Positions 16,972 through 27,589 of a DNA stretch of 46,691 nucleotides are shown piece by piece. Position numbers and translations under genes: made by a program. The notes under the pieces were generated by a model that was not told the DNA's origin, ran no database searches, and saw only the letters and a list, made by a program, of their open reading frames with translations. This stretch comes from an uncultured Clostridia bacterium. Its GTDB lineage: Bacteria; Bacillota; Clostridia; Lachnospirales; CAG-274. Each line of letters starts with the position of its first letter. Positions within the stretch are counted from its first letter, which is position 1. Location: contig CANROO010000001.1 of NCBI GenBank assembly GCA_947632235.1, positions 1-46,691 on the forward strand, read 5' to 3'.

Positions 16972-19797
16972 ATGTATATGAAAAAAGGAATTTTTAAAAG
17001 ACTGTTGAGCGGTGTTATAGGCGGCAGCATAGTTATGGGCTCGCTTGGGCTCACCACGGCTTACGCGGACACCTCCCTGCTCTATGAAAAGAAGGACATA
17101 CAGACCATAGCGCAGGGCCTTACCTATGAAAAAAGCAGGAGAATGTACAAATCGGGCTGGATGGATGTGTATGTGCTCACAATGGACGCAAAGGAAGAAG
17201 ACCTCGCCCTTGAAGTAATCGAGGCTGTGGACAAATACGGCGGAAAGGCTACCGTTGACAAGCTTGCCAAGGACAACAAGGTGGCGGCTGCCGTAAACGG
17301 TGACTTTTTCAGCTCGGGCACGCTCAAGTCCAGCATGGGACAGGTGGCTGAAAACGGCGATATGCTTGCCGCGCAGAATTATTACAACGGCAATGACAAC
17401 AAGTATGCAGGCTTTTTTATAAACAAATACGGCACGCCGTTTATAGATTATGTCAAGACCTCAATGGGATTTTACGGTCCCAATTCAATAAAGCTTGAAA
17501 TGGGCGCAAAGAACAAGGTGACTGACTTTGCAAAGCCCGTCTATTTCGACAGAAGGACAATAACATCCACCGCAACCATTGACGCTTACTTCAAAAAGCT
17601 CACAAAGATAGTGGTGCGTGACGGAGTCATTACCTATATATCCAACCCCGGAGAAATAGTGGATGTGCCCGAAAACGGCTATATAATAGTTATGAGCAAT
17701 GCCACAAGGACTGCCGAGATAGGCAAGTTTTCGGTAGGCATGGGCGTAAGCTTTTCGGAAAGCGAAAGCTTTATTTTCAGGACGGGCAAGCTCATCGAGG
17801 ATATACAGGTGGGTCTGAGCGGCGGCGGAGAGATACTCCGAAACGGCGAGCCTGTCGCAAACGGACTTATAATCGGTCAGAACGCCAACAACCCCAGGAC
17901 AATGCTCGGCGTAAATCAGGACAAGAGCAAAATATTCATAGTCTGCATAGACGGCAGGAAAAACGGCAAGGGCGCAACGCATGCCGAGTGCGCCGCTGTG
18001 CTCAAAGAATACGGCGTGTATGACGCCATACACCTTGACGGAGGCGGTTCCACCACAATGGCCGTACAGCTCAAAAACTCAAATGCGCCTACAGTTGTGA
18101 ATGTTCCCAGCGAGGGCTCTTTGAGAGCCGTTGCCAACGGCGTGGGCATAAAGGTAAACGGCGAGGCCGGAGTTCCCGCAAGGGTAGAGCCGTATGTGGG
18201 CGAAAGCGATGAGAACATAATGTTCAAGGATTTTGAAAACAAAATATATGTGGATATTTTCGACGGTCAGCTCAATGAAATGGCTGCCGACATCGGAAAG
18301 CTTAAATTCAGCTCTTCAATACCCGGAAGCTGGGACGGCAATATATTCACGCCCTCTCAGACGGGAAAGGGCACGGTGACCGTTGATTACGGCGATATTT
18401 CGGGCACCGTGGAGGTCACTGTGTTAAAGGGCGCGGCAGCCCTCAGAACAGGCGCGGAGAATTATTCCCTCACCATAGGCGAAAAAACTCCGCTCACGGC
18501 GCAGGTAATAAACAGGGACGGCTACGGCATAGATATTGAAAGCACCGATGTAAGCTGGAGCGTAAGCGACAGCAGTGTCGGACACATAGAAAACGGATAT
18601 TTCGTTGCAGACGGTGACGGAAGCTGTGTTGTAACGGGCTCCGCATATGATGTGAGCGCAGGCATGACAATTACCGTGGGCAAGAAATTTGTGGCGGTAA
18701 ACAGCTTTGAAGCCCCCAGAAATATAATGATGTACTACTATCCCGATGACGGAAGCGTAGAGGGAAGCGCCGAGACCGACAGCGACACGAGCTATGACGG
18801 TCGTTCTTCCGTAAGGATAGACTACAAGTTCAAGCCCGACATGACCACAACGCAGTCGGTATATGCAGGACTTGACAACAGCCCCGTAGCCTTCCCCAAG
18901 GGCGCATCGGACATAACCATGTGGTACAAGGGCGATGGCAGTGACAATATGCTCAAGGCTGTCATAAACTACGGCTCGGGACAGTCCACAGATGTGGTGA
19001 TTGCGGAAAATCTCAATTCCACGCAGTGGCAGAAGGCGGATATAAAGATACCCGAGGGCGTTACGGAGCCTATGTATCTTGAAAGAGTGTATGTATCCGC
19101 TCTGAACACCACCTCCGAAAACACGGAGGGAAGCGTGTACTTCGACTATGTTATGGCAAAGGCTCCCGCAGAGGAGGGAGGCGGAGCTATGGCAGGCTCG
19201 ATGAAGGACTACATGGAGTCGGATCTGAGCACGCTTACGGGAAGCTTCACAAATATTTCCGTCTACGGCACCACAAAGGACATAAGCTCATATGAATCTC
19301 AGCAGCTTTTGAGCAAGATGTCGCAGGGCGCAAATGCTCTTGTATTTGCCGGTGCCTCGGGCATAACAAATACAATAGGTCTGCCGTTTATAACGAGCAA
19401 AAACGGATATTCCACAAACGAAAACGGAAGCTTCTCCTTTGTGACGCTTGCAGTGTCAAACGGAAGCATGAGGCTTGCAAACGGCGACCAGTGGAGATAT
19501 TTGCAGGACTATGTGAACAGACTGAGCAGAAAGAACATAATAATACTCATGGACGTATACCCGTGGACGGGTCTTACGGACAGCCGTGAGAGAGACGCTC
19601 TGCACGACATACTCAAAAACGCCTCCAGAAACAGCGACAAGAATATAATCGTGCTCTCCTCCGTGGGCGAAAGCAACTATGTGGAGATAAAGGACGGCAT
19701 AAGATATATGAACCTGTGCGGAAACGGCGGAAGCGACAGGGCTTATGTGCGCTTTGCAGGCAACGACAATGAGCTTTACTACGAATTTTTCAGATAA
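16972..19797 (+). CDS. Secreted multidomain phosphodiester glycosidase (NAGPA/DUF2233-type) protein with a Big_2-like repeat and further C-terminal domains
   Basis: Signal peptide. AAVNGDFF ... LGVNQDKSKIFIVCIDGRK ... AIHLDGGGSTTM is typical of the phosphodiester glycosidase family. The Ig-like segment is SWSVSDSSVGHIENGYFVADGDGSCVV. An alternative ATG lies at 16978. Confidence 0.65.
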   Translation: MYMKKGIFKRLLSGVIGGSIVMGSLGLTTAYADTSLLYEKKDIQTIAQGLTYEKSRRMYKSGWMDVYVLTMDAKEEDLALEVIEAVDKYGGKATVDKLAKDNKVAAAVNGDFFSSGTLKSSMGQVAENGDMLAAQNYYNGNDNKYAGFFINKYGTPFIDYVKTSMGFYGPNSIKLEMGAKNKVTDFAKPVYFDRRTITSTATIDAYFKKLTKIVVRDGVITYISNPGEIVDVPENGYIIVMSNATRTAEIGKFSVGMGVSFSESESFIFRTGKLIEDIQVGLSGGGEILRNGEPVANGLIIGQNANNPRTMLGVNQDKSKIFIVCIDGRKNGKGATHAECAAVLKEYGVYDAIHLDGGGSTTMAVQLKNSNAPTVVNVPSEGSLRAVANGVGIKVNGEAGVPARVEPYVGESDENIMFKDFENKIYVDIFDGQLNEMAADIGKLKFSSSIPGSWDGNIFTPSQTGKGTVTVDYGDISGTVEVTVLKGAAALRTGAENYSLTIGEKTPLTAQVINRDGYGIDIESTDVSWSVSDSSVGHIENGYFVADGDGSCVVTGSAYDVSAGMTITVGKKFVAVNSFEAPRNIMMYYYPDDGSVEGSAETDSDTSYDGRSSVRIDYKFKPDMTTTQSVYAGLDNSPVAFPKGASDITMWYKGDGSDNMLKAVINYGSGQSTDVVIAENLNSTQWQKADIKIPEGVTEPMYLERVYVSALNTTSENTEGSVYFDYVMAKAPAEEGGGAMAGSMKDYMESDLSTLTGSFTNISVYGTTKDISSYESQQLLSKMSQGANALVFAGASGITNTIGLPFITSKNGYSTNENGSFSFVTLAVSNGSMRLANGDQWRYLQDYVNRLSRKNIIILMDVYPWTGLTDSRERDALHDILKNASRNSDKNIIVLSSVGESNYVEIKDGIRYMNLCGNGGSDRAYVRFAGNDNELYYEFFR

Positions 19798-19812
19798 ATA
19801 AAGGGAATAAAC

Positions 19813-21348
19813 ATGGCAAACTCTAAAGGCGTAATGGCTAAGGATACAATAATATATATGCTTGCCAAGGGCATAGAAGGCGTTGTGGGCATAGTCACCA
19901 TGTCCGTCATGACCTATCTTCTGGCTTCGGATCAGATGGGTTATTACTCAACGGTAAACATAGCCATAACCACCATAGGCATGGTGGCTATACAGTGGCT
20001 CGTGCAGTCCGTTCTGCGCTATATCAACAAATACGATATAGAGGGCAGGCACACGGAGTTCTATTCCACGGTGTTCTATGCATGGCTGAGGGTCAACCTC
20101 TCCGTGGTGCTTTTTGCGGTGATGCTCGCGCTCATAGTAAGGCTTGGCTTCGGAGGCATGGAGGGGCTTGCGCTCTCCTTGGGCTTTAAAAACACCGAGG
20201 CTGTGAAAAGCTTCACCGAGGTCTACAACAGCAGGGTATTCACCTGCGGTGTGCTGTGGTTTGTGACATACAACACGGCTCAGCTTATGATCTCCATGCT
20301 TGCGGCAGTGAGGGAGGCAAAGCTCAATCTCCTGCTCTCCATGATAACGGTCTGCGGAAGGCTCATATTCATGGTGATATTCTGCAGGCTGTGGACAAGC
20401 AGGATAGAATGGATATTTTTAAGCTATTTCATAACGGACGCCATAGTTTCCGTAATAGGCATGAAGAGGCTTAAGATACTCTATTATATAAAGAGCGGAG
20501 GAAGCTCCAAGGATATTTTAAGGGAGCTTAAGGCTTACGGCATGCCCCTTATGGGCAATCAGCTTGCCACCTCTATATTGAATCAGTCGGATGTGTACAT
20601 CATCACCATCATGCTGAGCGCAGGCGCGGCAGGAGTGTACAAGGCAAATTATTCTCTCATTTCAACAGCCTTCACTCTTCTTAACGCCTCCGTAATGCGA
20701 GGGTGCTATCCCACCATACTGCGCGCATGGTCCGAGGGCAAGAAGGACGATGTGCAGAGGCTTCTGAACGAGGCAGTAAGAATGTATATGCTCGTTGCCG
20801 TACCTGCGGTTGCAGGAGTTTTCGCAGTGAGCGATTCGGCGGCATACACGCTTTTTGAAAGTCAGTATGTGGAGGGCCACGGCGTTATGTTCTGGGTGGC
20901 TCTGGGAATGATGTTCCTCGGGCTTACGGAGTATTCCATAAAGCACTGGGAGCTCAATTCCGACACAAAGGCCATATTCAGGCGCAGTCTCATAGGCGGA
21001 GCCGTGAATGTGGGGCTGAATCTCATTCTTATAAAGACAACCGGAAGCTACATGATAGCGGCCGTTACAACATTCATAGGCTTCTTTGTTTACTTCGTGC
21101 TTGCACGCTTCGGCACAAGGAAGCACCTCAAGTGGCATATACAGCCCAAGCGCTTTATAAAAATATTGCTTTCCGCTCTCGTTATGATAGGCATTATAGA
21201 ACTTCTCAAAACTATTCTGCCCGACAGCAAAATATGTTTGGCAATATTTATAATTTGTGGTATTATAGTATATGGAGCAATGCTTGTGATCACGGGCGAG
21301 GTGAAGGACGAGCTTGCGTTTATAAAAAATAAATTTAAACAAAACTAA
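19813..21348 (+). CDS. Polysaccharide biosynthesis flippase (Wzx / MOP superfamily)
   Basis: 511 aa with about 14 hydrophobic segments and an N-terminus typical of the polysaccharide biosynthesis protein family. It lies inside the glycan locus. Confidence 0.7.
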   Translation: MANSKGVMAKDTIIYMLAKGIEGVVGIVTMSVMTYLLASDQMGYYSTVNIAITTIGMVAIQWLVQSVLRYINKYDIEGRHTEFYSTVFYAWLRVNLSVVLFAVMLALIVRLGFGGMEGLALSLGFKNTEAVKSFTEVYNSRVFTCGVLWFVTYNTAQLMISMLAAVREAKLNLLLSMITVCGRLIFMVIFCRLWTSRIEWIFLSYFITDAIVSVIGMKRLKILYYIKSGGSSKDILRELKAYGMPLMGNQLATSILNQSDVYIITIMLSAGAAGVYKANYSLISTAFTLLNASVMRGCYPTILRAWSEGKKDDVQRLLNEAVRMYMLVAVPAVAGVFAVSDSAAYTLFESQYVEGHGVMFWVALGMMFLGLTEYSIKHWELNSDTKAIFRRSLIGGAVNVGLNLILIKTTGSYMIAAVTTFIGFFVYFVLARFGTRKHLKWHIQPKRFIKILLSALVMIGIIELLKTILPDSKICLAIFIICGIIVYGAMLVITGEVKDELAFIKNKFKQN

Positions 21349-21389
21349 TATATTTGCTCCAAGCGGGCAGGAAAGGAAGTTAAAAACCA

Positions 21390-22658
21390 ATGAAAAAGAG
21401 CATTTGTGTAATCGGTATCGGCTATGTGGGTCTTCCTACGGCGGCTATGTTTGCCTCAAAGGGACACAAGGTAACGGGCTACGACCTCAACCAAAAGGCG
21501 GTGGACGCTCTCAACAGGGGCGAGATAATAATAGAGGAGCCGGGTCTGGGCGAGCTTGTAAAGCAGGTCGTAAAGGACGGCAGTCTTGTCGGCACTACGG
21601 AGTGCCCCGTGGGCAGTGATGTGTACATCATAGCAGTTCCCACACCCATAAACGAGGACAAGACGGCAGACATGAGATATGTGGAATCTGCCACGAGAGC
21701 CGTTGTTCCCTGCGTGAGAAAGGGCTCTGTAGTTATTCTGGAGTCAACATCTCCCCCAAGAACGGTAGTGGACCTTATGCTTCCCATACTCAAGGAAACG
21801 GGGCTCGAGCTCGGCGAGGAGCTTCTTGTTGCGCACTCACCCGAGAGGATACTTCCCGGCAGAGTGCTGGAGGAGCTCAGGACAAACAGCCGTATAGTGG
21901 GCGGTATAAACGAAAAATCCAGCATAGAGGTAAAGAAAATATACGAGAGCATAGTTGAGGGCGAGATATTCATAACCACCTCCACCACAGCCGAAATGTG
22001 CAAGCTCATGGAAAACACATTCAGAGATGTGAACATAGCTCTTGCAAACGAGCTTGCCAAGATGAGCGAGGAGCTCGGCGTGAACTGCTGGGATGTCATA
22101 AGGATGGCAAATCAGCACCCCAGAGTAAATATACTGCAGCCGGGTCCCGGCGTGGGCGGTCACTGCATAGCTCTCGACCCCTGGTTCCTTGTTGAAAAGA
22201 GCAGGAACGCAAAGCTCATTCATCAGGCAAGGCTCAACAACGACTCCATGCCCGAATTTGTTATGAACAAGATATCGGGCATACTCGGCGGACTTAAGGG
22301 CAAAACCGTTGTACTCTACGGCGTTACCTACAAGCCCAACATAGACGATGTGAGAGAGTCGCCCATAATGCACCTTATGCACCTTTTGAGCGATAACGGC
22401 GCAGATGTGAAGGTATGCGATCCCCATGCAGGCGAAAAGGTAGAAAACAACTACAGCATAGCAGAGGCCTCAAAGGGCGCCGATATTGTTGTGCTCGGCG
22501 TTAACCACGATGAATTCAAGGACATCAACTTTGCAAGAATGGCAGAGACCATGAACGGAAAAGCCGTGCTCGACACGCGCAATTTCTGGAGCAGAGCGGA
22601 TGTTGAAAGAGCAGGACTTGAATATATACTTCTGGGCGAAGGCAAGGAAGAGGACTAA
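21390..22658 (+). CDS. wecC: UDP-N-acetyl-D-mannosamine dehydrogenase
   Basis: Collinear by eye with E. coli WecC: IGIGYVGLPTAAMFAS, IIAVPTP, ILESTSPP, TAEMCKLMENTFRDVNIALANE and NILQPGPGVGGHCIALDPWF. Confidence 0.8.
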   Translation: MKKSICVIGIGYVGLPTAAMFASKGHKVTGYDLNQKAVDALNRGEIIIEEPGLGELVKQVVKDGSLVGTTECPVGSDVYIIAVPTPINEDKTADMRYVESATRAVVPCVRKGSVVILESTSPPRTVVDLMLPILKETGLELGEELLVAHSPERILPGRVLEELRTNSRIVGGINEKSSIEVKKIYESIVEGEIFITTSTTAEMCKLMENTFRDVNIALANELAKMSEELGVNCWDVIRMANQHPRVNILQPGPGVGGHCIALDPWFLVEKSRNAKLIHQARLNNDSMPEFVMNKISGILGGLKGKTVVLYGVTYKPNIDDVRESPIMHLMHLLSDNGADVKVCDPHAGEKVENNYSIAEASKGADIVVLGVNHDEFKDINFARMAETMNGKAVLDTRNFWSRADVERAGLEYILLGEGKEED

Positions 22659-22673
22659 AAAGGATAATTTACT

Positions 22674-23927
22674 ATGAAAAAGGTATTGATAATTGCAAAT
22701 CAGTTTCCGCCTATGGGAGGCTCGGGAGTGCAGAGGAGCGTAAAATTCGTTAAGCATCTGCGTTCCTTCGGCTACGAACCCGTGGTATTCACAAGAGCGG
22801 TGGGCAACATGCCCCTTAAGGACGAGACCCTCCTTAAGGACATACCGGACGGCGTTAAAATTTACAGGACAAGGCCCTATGAGCTCCCCGAGCTTCGAGG
22901 CATACTGAGGCTTTTCGGCAAGGCTTTGGGCAAGCTCATTATACCCGACACGGCTTATTTCTGGTACAAGAGCTCGCGCAAAAAGGCTCTGGAGGTCATA
23001 GACAAGGAAGGTATAGACATTGTCTACACCACCTCCGCGCCCTACAGCGACCACCTTCTGGGAATGTATATAAAGAAAAAAAGAAAGAAAATAGGCTGGA
23101 CAGCCGACTTCAGGGACGAGTGGACAAATAACCCCTATATCCTCGACCACCCCTATAACCCCATAAGGACGAGGATAGAAAAGAAAATGGAGCACAATGT
23201 GGTCACAAGGGCTGATATGCTCATTACCAATACCCCCGTTATGCGCGAAAACTTCATAAGGAACAATAACTTAAGCGGAGACAACTTCGTGTTCATACCA
23301 AACGGCTACGATGCGGAGGACTTTGCAGGCTACGACAGCAGTGTGAAGCCCCATAACGACAGGCTCATAATGGTGTACACGGGTGCGCTCTACGGCAGGA
23401 GAAAGCCCGACACCTTCTTCCGGGCGCTCAAGGAGCTCAAGGAAGAGGGCGGCATTGACGGCAGTAAGATACTTGTGCGCCTTATAGGCAATTACCACAA
23501 GGATAAGCTCCAGGCGCAGATAAACAGCTACGGACTTAAGGAAAGCTTTGAGATAGTGGGCTATGTTCCGCACAATGTGTGCATAGAGCATCAGATGAAT
23601 GCCGATGTGCTTGTGCTCATAGAGGGCAGCGGAAGAGGAGCCGATGCATTCTACACGGGCAAGATATTCGAGTATATGAATACGGGAAGACCCGTGCTTG
23701 CCATCCTCCCCAAGGGCTGTGCAGCCGAGCTGGTTAAGGAGAGCAGGATAGGCATAACGGCAGATACCGACAGCGTGGAACAGATAAAGGGAATAATAAA
23801 GGAGTACTACGACAAATGGTGCGCGGGTACTCTCGGTTTTGAGCCCGACAGAGGCGTGATAGAGGGCTTTGAGCGCAAAAAGCTCACACAGAGGCTTGCG
23901 GAGGTATTCGACAGGCTCGATAAATAG
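22674..23927 (+). CDS. Glycosyltransferase (GT-B fold, family 4-like)
   Basis: MKKVLIIANQFPPMGGSGVQR N-terminus, and a C-terminal half with an E..E-type motif region (FEYMNTGRPVLA). Confidence 0.65.
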   Translation: MKKVLIIANQFPPMGGSGVQRSVKFVKHLRSFGYEPVVFTRAVGNMPLKDETLLKDIPDGVKIYRTRPYELPELRGILRLFGKALGKLIIPDTAYFWYKSSRKKALEVIDKEGIDIVYTTSAPYSDHLLGMYIKKKRKKIGWTADFRDEWTNNPYILDHPYNPIRTRIEKKMEHNVVTRADMLITNTPVMRENFIRNNNLSGDNFVFIPNGYDAEDFAGYDSSVKPHNDRLIMVYTGALYGRRKPDTFFRALKELKEEGGIDGSKILVRLIGNYHKDKLQAQINSYGLKESFEIVGYVPHNVCIEHQMNADVLVLIEGSGRGADAFYTGKIFEYMNTGRPVLAILPKGCAAELVKESRIGITADTDSVEQIKGIIKEYYDKWCAGTLGFEPDRGVIEGFERKKLTQRLAEVFDRLDK

Positions 23928-23944
23928 ATCCATACGGTGATAGC

Positions 23945-25081
23945 ATGAAAATTTTACACTTCATAAGCGGAGGAGATACGGGAGGCGCTAAGACCCATGT
24001 CCTCACACTGCTTGATAATTTAAGAAAATTAAATATTGATGTAGAGCTTGTCTGCATTATGGAGGGTATATTTACAGAGGAGGCAAGGGAGCTGGGCATT
24101 CCCGTCACCGTAATACCACAGACAAAGCGCTATGACCTGTCTGTGAACAAAAAGATATGCGATTATATAAACGGGAGCGGATGTGATCTGGTACACTGCC
24201 ACGGCGCAAGGGCGAACTATATTTCACTCTTTATAATGCACAAGGTAAGGGTGCCTATGATCACTACCCTCCACAGCGATTATAAGCTGGATTTCAAGGA
24301 TAATTTCAGAAAACAGATGTTTTATACCCCTATCAATTCCTTCGCATTGAGGCGGTTTGACCATATACTGTGCGTCACGCGCGCCTTCGGGGATATGCTC
24401 ATACAGAGAGGCTTCAAAAAGGACAGGATAGAGGTAATATATAACGGCATTGATTTTTCTCCCGAGCTTGAAACGCTTGACAAGGAGAGATTTTATGACA
24501 GACTGCACATAGCCTATGACCCCTGCAAAAAATATGTCGGCATTGCCGCAAGGCTCTATGCCGTGAAGGGCGTAGATGTATTTTTGAAGGCGGCAAATGT
24601 GCTTGCAAAGCGCAGGAAGGATATAGACTTTGTTGTGCTGGGCGATGGAGAGATGTGGGACGAGTGCAATGCCTATATTGAACAAAACTCTCTTAAGGAC
24701 AGGGTGCATATGGCAGGGCAGATAATGAACAGCGTTGTTATGAACAGCTTTTATAAGCACATAGACGTAAATACGCTGAGCTCTTATTCCGAGAGCTTCC
24801 CCTACGCTCTTTTGGAGGGCGCGAGGATGTCAAAGGCCACCGTAGCCACGGCTGTGGGCGGTATACCCGAGATGATAGAGGACGGCAAAAGCGGATATCT
24901 TGTGCCGTCGGGAGATCACAGCGCCTTCGCCGACAGGCTTGAAAAGCTGTGCACCGATGATGAACTGAGAATGAAAATGGGCGCTGAGTTTTACAGACGC
25001 GCGCGGAACAGCTTTTCCGTGGAGTCCATGGCAGGCACCCATATAAATATATACAATAAAATAATAAAGGAGAAAGCATGA
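23945..25081 (+). CDS. Glycosyltransferase family 4
   Basis: Motifs MKILHFISGGDTGGAKTH and SESFPYALLEGARMSKATVATAVGGIPEMIEDGKSGYLV (EX7E region). Confidence 0.75.
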   Translation: MKILHFISGGDTGGAKTHVLTLLDNLRKLNIDVELVCIMEGIFTEEARELGIPVTVIPQTKRYDLSVNKKICDYINGSGCDLVHCHGARANYISLFIMHKVRVPMITTLHSDYKLDFKDNFRKQMFYTPINSFALRRFDHILCVTRAFGDMLIQRGFKKDRIEVIYNGIDFSPELETLDKERFYDRLHIAYDPCKKYVGIAARLYAVKGVDVFLKAANVLAKRRKDIDFVVLGDGEMWDECNAYIEQNSLKDRVHMAGQIMNSVVMNSFYKHIDVNTLSSYSESFPYALLEGARMSKATVATAVGGIPEMIEDGKSGYLVPSGDHSAFADRLEKLCTDDELRMKMGAEFYRRARNSFSVESMAGTHINIYNKIIKEKA

Positions 25082-25587
25082 TGAAATTTATAGACGACAA
25101 GGGAAAATTATTCGGAAAATTAAACATTGTGGACATCATAGTCGTGCTTGTTATTATCGCCATTGCTGCCGCCGTTGCGATACGCTTCACATCGGATAAG
25201 CTCAATGCCAACGGCTATACTCCCGCAAGCGAGGATCAGTACTGCTATGTTACGGCATATTCGAGCCTTCAGGTGCCCGAGGTGGCAGAGTCGCTCAAGG
25301 TGGGCGACCACATAGTGGCAGGCGGAAAATACACCGATGCCGAGATAGTTGACATAAAGGTAGAGCCTGCGGCATATGTAGGCGTGAACACCGAGGGCAA
25401 GGCGGTATACAGCGAGCACCCCTTATGGAAGGACGTTACCGTTGTTATAAAGGAAAAAATAGACCCCTCAAACATCACCATAAAGGTGGGCGGTCAGGAG
25501 GCTAGAGTGGGCTACAGCTACATCGTTAAAACACAGACCGTAGAGGCTAATGCCAAGATAAGAGGCATTGAGTTCAAGCCCGAGTAA
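25078..25587 (+). CDS. DUF4330-like single-pass membrane protein
   Basis: The FIDDKGKLFGKLNIVDIIVVLVIIAI N-terminus is typical of DUF4330, from memory. ATGA overlap with the preceding GT gene. Confidence 0.55.
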   Translation: MMKFIDDKGKLFGKLNIVDIIVVLVIIAIAAAVAIRFTSDKLNANGYTPASEDQYCYVTAYSSLQVPEVAESLKVGDHIVAGGKYTDAEIVDIKVEPAAYVGVNTEGKAVYSEHPLWKDVTVVIKEKIDPSNITIKVGGQEARVGYSYIVKTQTVEANAKIRGIEFKPE

Positions 25588-25614
25588 TTTCCGTTTTTTA
25601 AAAGGGAGAAAGCA

Positions 25615-26166
25615 ATGAATACTTCAGATGTTTTAAAGGAAAGCTTTTTTGCGCGTATTATAATGAATACCGTGAACGCCTTTTCGCGCGCTTATGAGAG
25701 CAGTATGCTCAAAAAAGCCGTGAGCGCGGTGAGCATGTGCTTTTTGTCGAGCAGGTTTTTTGCACTGCTCTCAAGGTATGCCGACAAAAAGGCTTTTTAC
25801 AGATACAGCCTTGTATACAGGCTCATTATGGCAATAGCCCGTCTTTTTGACAGGCTCTTCGGCTTTATACACAGGCTCGCTGCCTCGTGGCTTGGCGGAA
25901 GTGCGAGTGCCGAAAGGGTAAAGTCGGGGCTTAATGCAACGCTCAAAGAAAAGCTCTTCGGCTTCGGCGTGCTCTTTATGAGTATTCCCGTAGGCAGTAT
26001 GACTGCCATACTCATTCTGGGCGGAATATCCAAGTCCATAATAGCCGCAAGCTGGGGCTCCTTCGGCCTCGGGCTTATACTCACGCTCATGGGAGCCTTT
26101 GACGAGGCGCTCAGAGAGTGCTTTGCGGTAAGAGGCATAAAGGCATTTCTGAATATAATTCAATAG
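25615..26166 (+). CDS. Hypothetical membrane protein
   Basis: 183-aa ORF with AGGGAGA SD and hydrophobic segments, directly upstream of the Wzy-like gene. I recognise no family. Confidence 0.5.
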   Translation: MNTSDVLKESFFARIIMNTVNAFSRAYESSMLKKAVSAVSMCFLSSRFFALLSRYADKKAFYRYSLVYRLIMAIARLFDRLFGFIHRLAASWLGGSASAERVKSGLNATLKEKLFGFGVLFMSIPVGSMTAILILGGISKSIIAASWGSFGLGLILTLMGAFDEALRECFAVRGIKAFLNIIQ

Positions 26167-26189
26167 ATTCATGATAAGTTGGTGGTTTT

Positions 26190-27554
26190 GTGAGTAACAA
26201 AAATATTTTGCTTATAGTTTTATTGGGGCTTTTGCTCGGCTTCGGCTGCGGAACACTGGGTCCTGCGGCGGCGCTTGCGCTTGTGGGCGCGGTCATAGCT
26301 TTGGGCGTGGTGCTTTGTCACTATGAGCTCTCCGTGCTCGTTATAGCAGGCTTCGGCATAATAGACGCTCTTATGAGAGCCTTCGGCGGAGGTCTGGGCA
26401 GTGTGTGGGACGAGCTGTTTCTTATATTCCTTGTTATGCTCTGGTTCTATAAGTGGATAAGGGACAGAAACGATGACGGCTTCAAGACATCGCCCATGGA
26501 CATACCCCTTTTCATATTCATAGGCGCAATGATAGTGTGTCTTATTATAAATTCGCCCGATTTCAAGGTGGCTTTAGAGGGCTTCCGCGCCATAGTGCAG
26601 TATATGCTGTGGTACTTCGTTGTCATTCAGCTTATGAGGGGTGAGAAGGACGCAAAAACGGTAACGGCATTTTTCGTGCTCGTGGTGGGCGTGCTGGCTC
26701 TTCACGGCATATATCAGTATATAATAGGCGTTGAGATGCCCTCGGGCTGGGTGGATCAGAACGAGGCAGGCGTAAGGACAAGGGTATATTCCATATTCAC
26801 AAGCCCCAATGTATTCGGCTCTCTGCTCACATTGGCGGCGCCCATGGCAATATCGCTTGCGCTGGTTTCAAAAAACGGCAGGGGCAGGCTCCTCTACGCA
26901 TTTATAGCTCTATGTATAACGGCAAGCCTTGTTTTCACATCTTCAAGAGGCGCGTGGATAGGCTTTGCGGTGGCTATCGGCATATATGTGCTCATGAAGG
27001 ACAAGAGGCTCATAATACCCTGCATAATAGGCGCACTCGTGGTATTTATAGCCGTGCCGAGCGTGGGAAACAGAATAAGCTATATGCTAAGCCCCGAATA
27101 TATAGAGTCCTCGCTTAAGGGCGGAAGGCTCGTGAGGTGGCTCACGGGCATAGAGATAGTAAAGGACTTCCCCGTATTCGGTGTGGGTCTGGGACACTTC
27201 GGCGGAGCAGTTGCCATGAACAACGAAATGCGTCTTTTGGTAGACACAAAGACCATAGACACATTCTATATGGACAACTACATGCTCAAAACGGCTGTAG
27301 AGTCGGGACTTGTGGGCTTTACGGCGTTTACGGCGCTTATGTACTCCGTAGTTATAAACGGCTTCCGCACAATGAAGATATCCGCCACAAGGCTTTCAAA
27401 GGAGCTTTCAACGGGTATAACGGCAGGTCTTTGCGGAGTGATAACTCACAATCTGGTTGAAAATATATTTGAAGTACCCATGATGACAAGCCTATTCTGG
27501 ATGTTTGCCGCTGTGGTGATGAGTATATGGTACTATCAATATAAGGCTGTATAA
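26190..27554 (+). CDS. O-antigen ligase / Wzy-type polymerase family membrane protein
   Basis: GTG start. Polytopic, with a SRGAWIGF-type loop motif typical of the Wzy_C/O-antigen ligase domain. Confidence 0.65.
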   Translation: MSNKNILLIVLLGLLLGFGCGTLGPAAALALVGAVIALGVVLCHYELSVLVIAGFGIIDALMRAFGGGLGSVWDELFLIFLVMLWFYKWIRDRNDDGFKTSPMDIPLFIFIGAMIVCLIINSPDFKVALEGFRAIVQYMLWYFVVIQLMRGEKDAKTVTAFFVLVVGVLALHGIYQYIIGVEMPSGWVDQNEAGVRTRVYSIFTSPNVFGSLLTLAAPMAISLALVSKNGRGRLLYAFIALCITASLVFTSSRGAWIGFAVAIGIYVLMKDKRLIIPCIIGALVVFIAVPSVGNRISYMLSPEYIESSLKGGRLVRWLTGIEIVKDFPVFGVGLGHFGGAVAMNNEMRLLVDTKTIDTFYMDNYMLKTAVESGLVGFTAFTALMYSVVINGFRTMKISATRLSKELSTGITAGLCGVITHNLVENIFEVPMMTSLFWMFAAVVMSIWYYQYKAV

Positions 27555-27589
27555 AGCGGTCTTGACGCATAAAAAAGAGGTAGGACAGT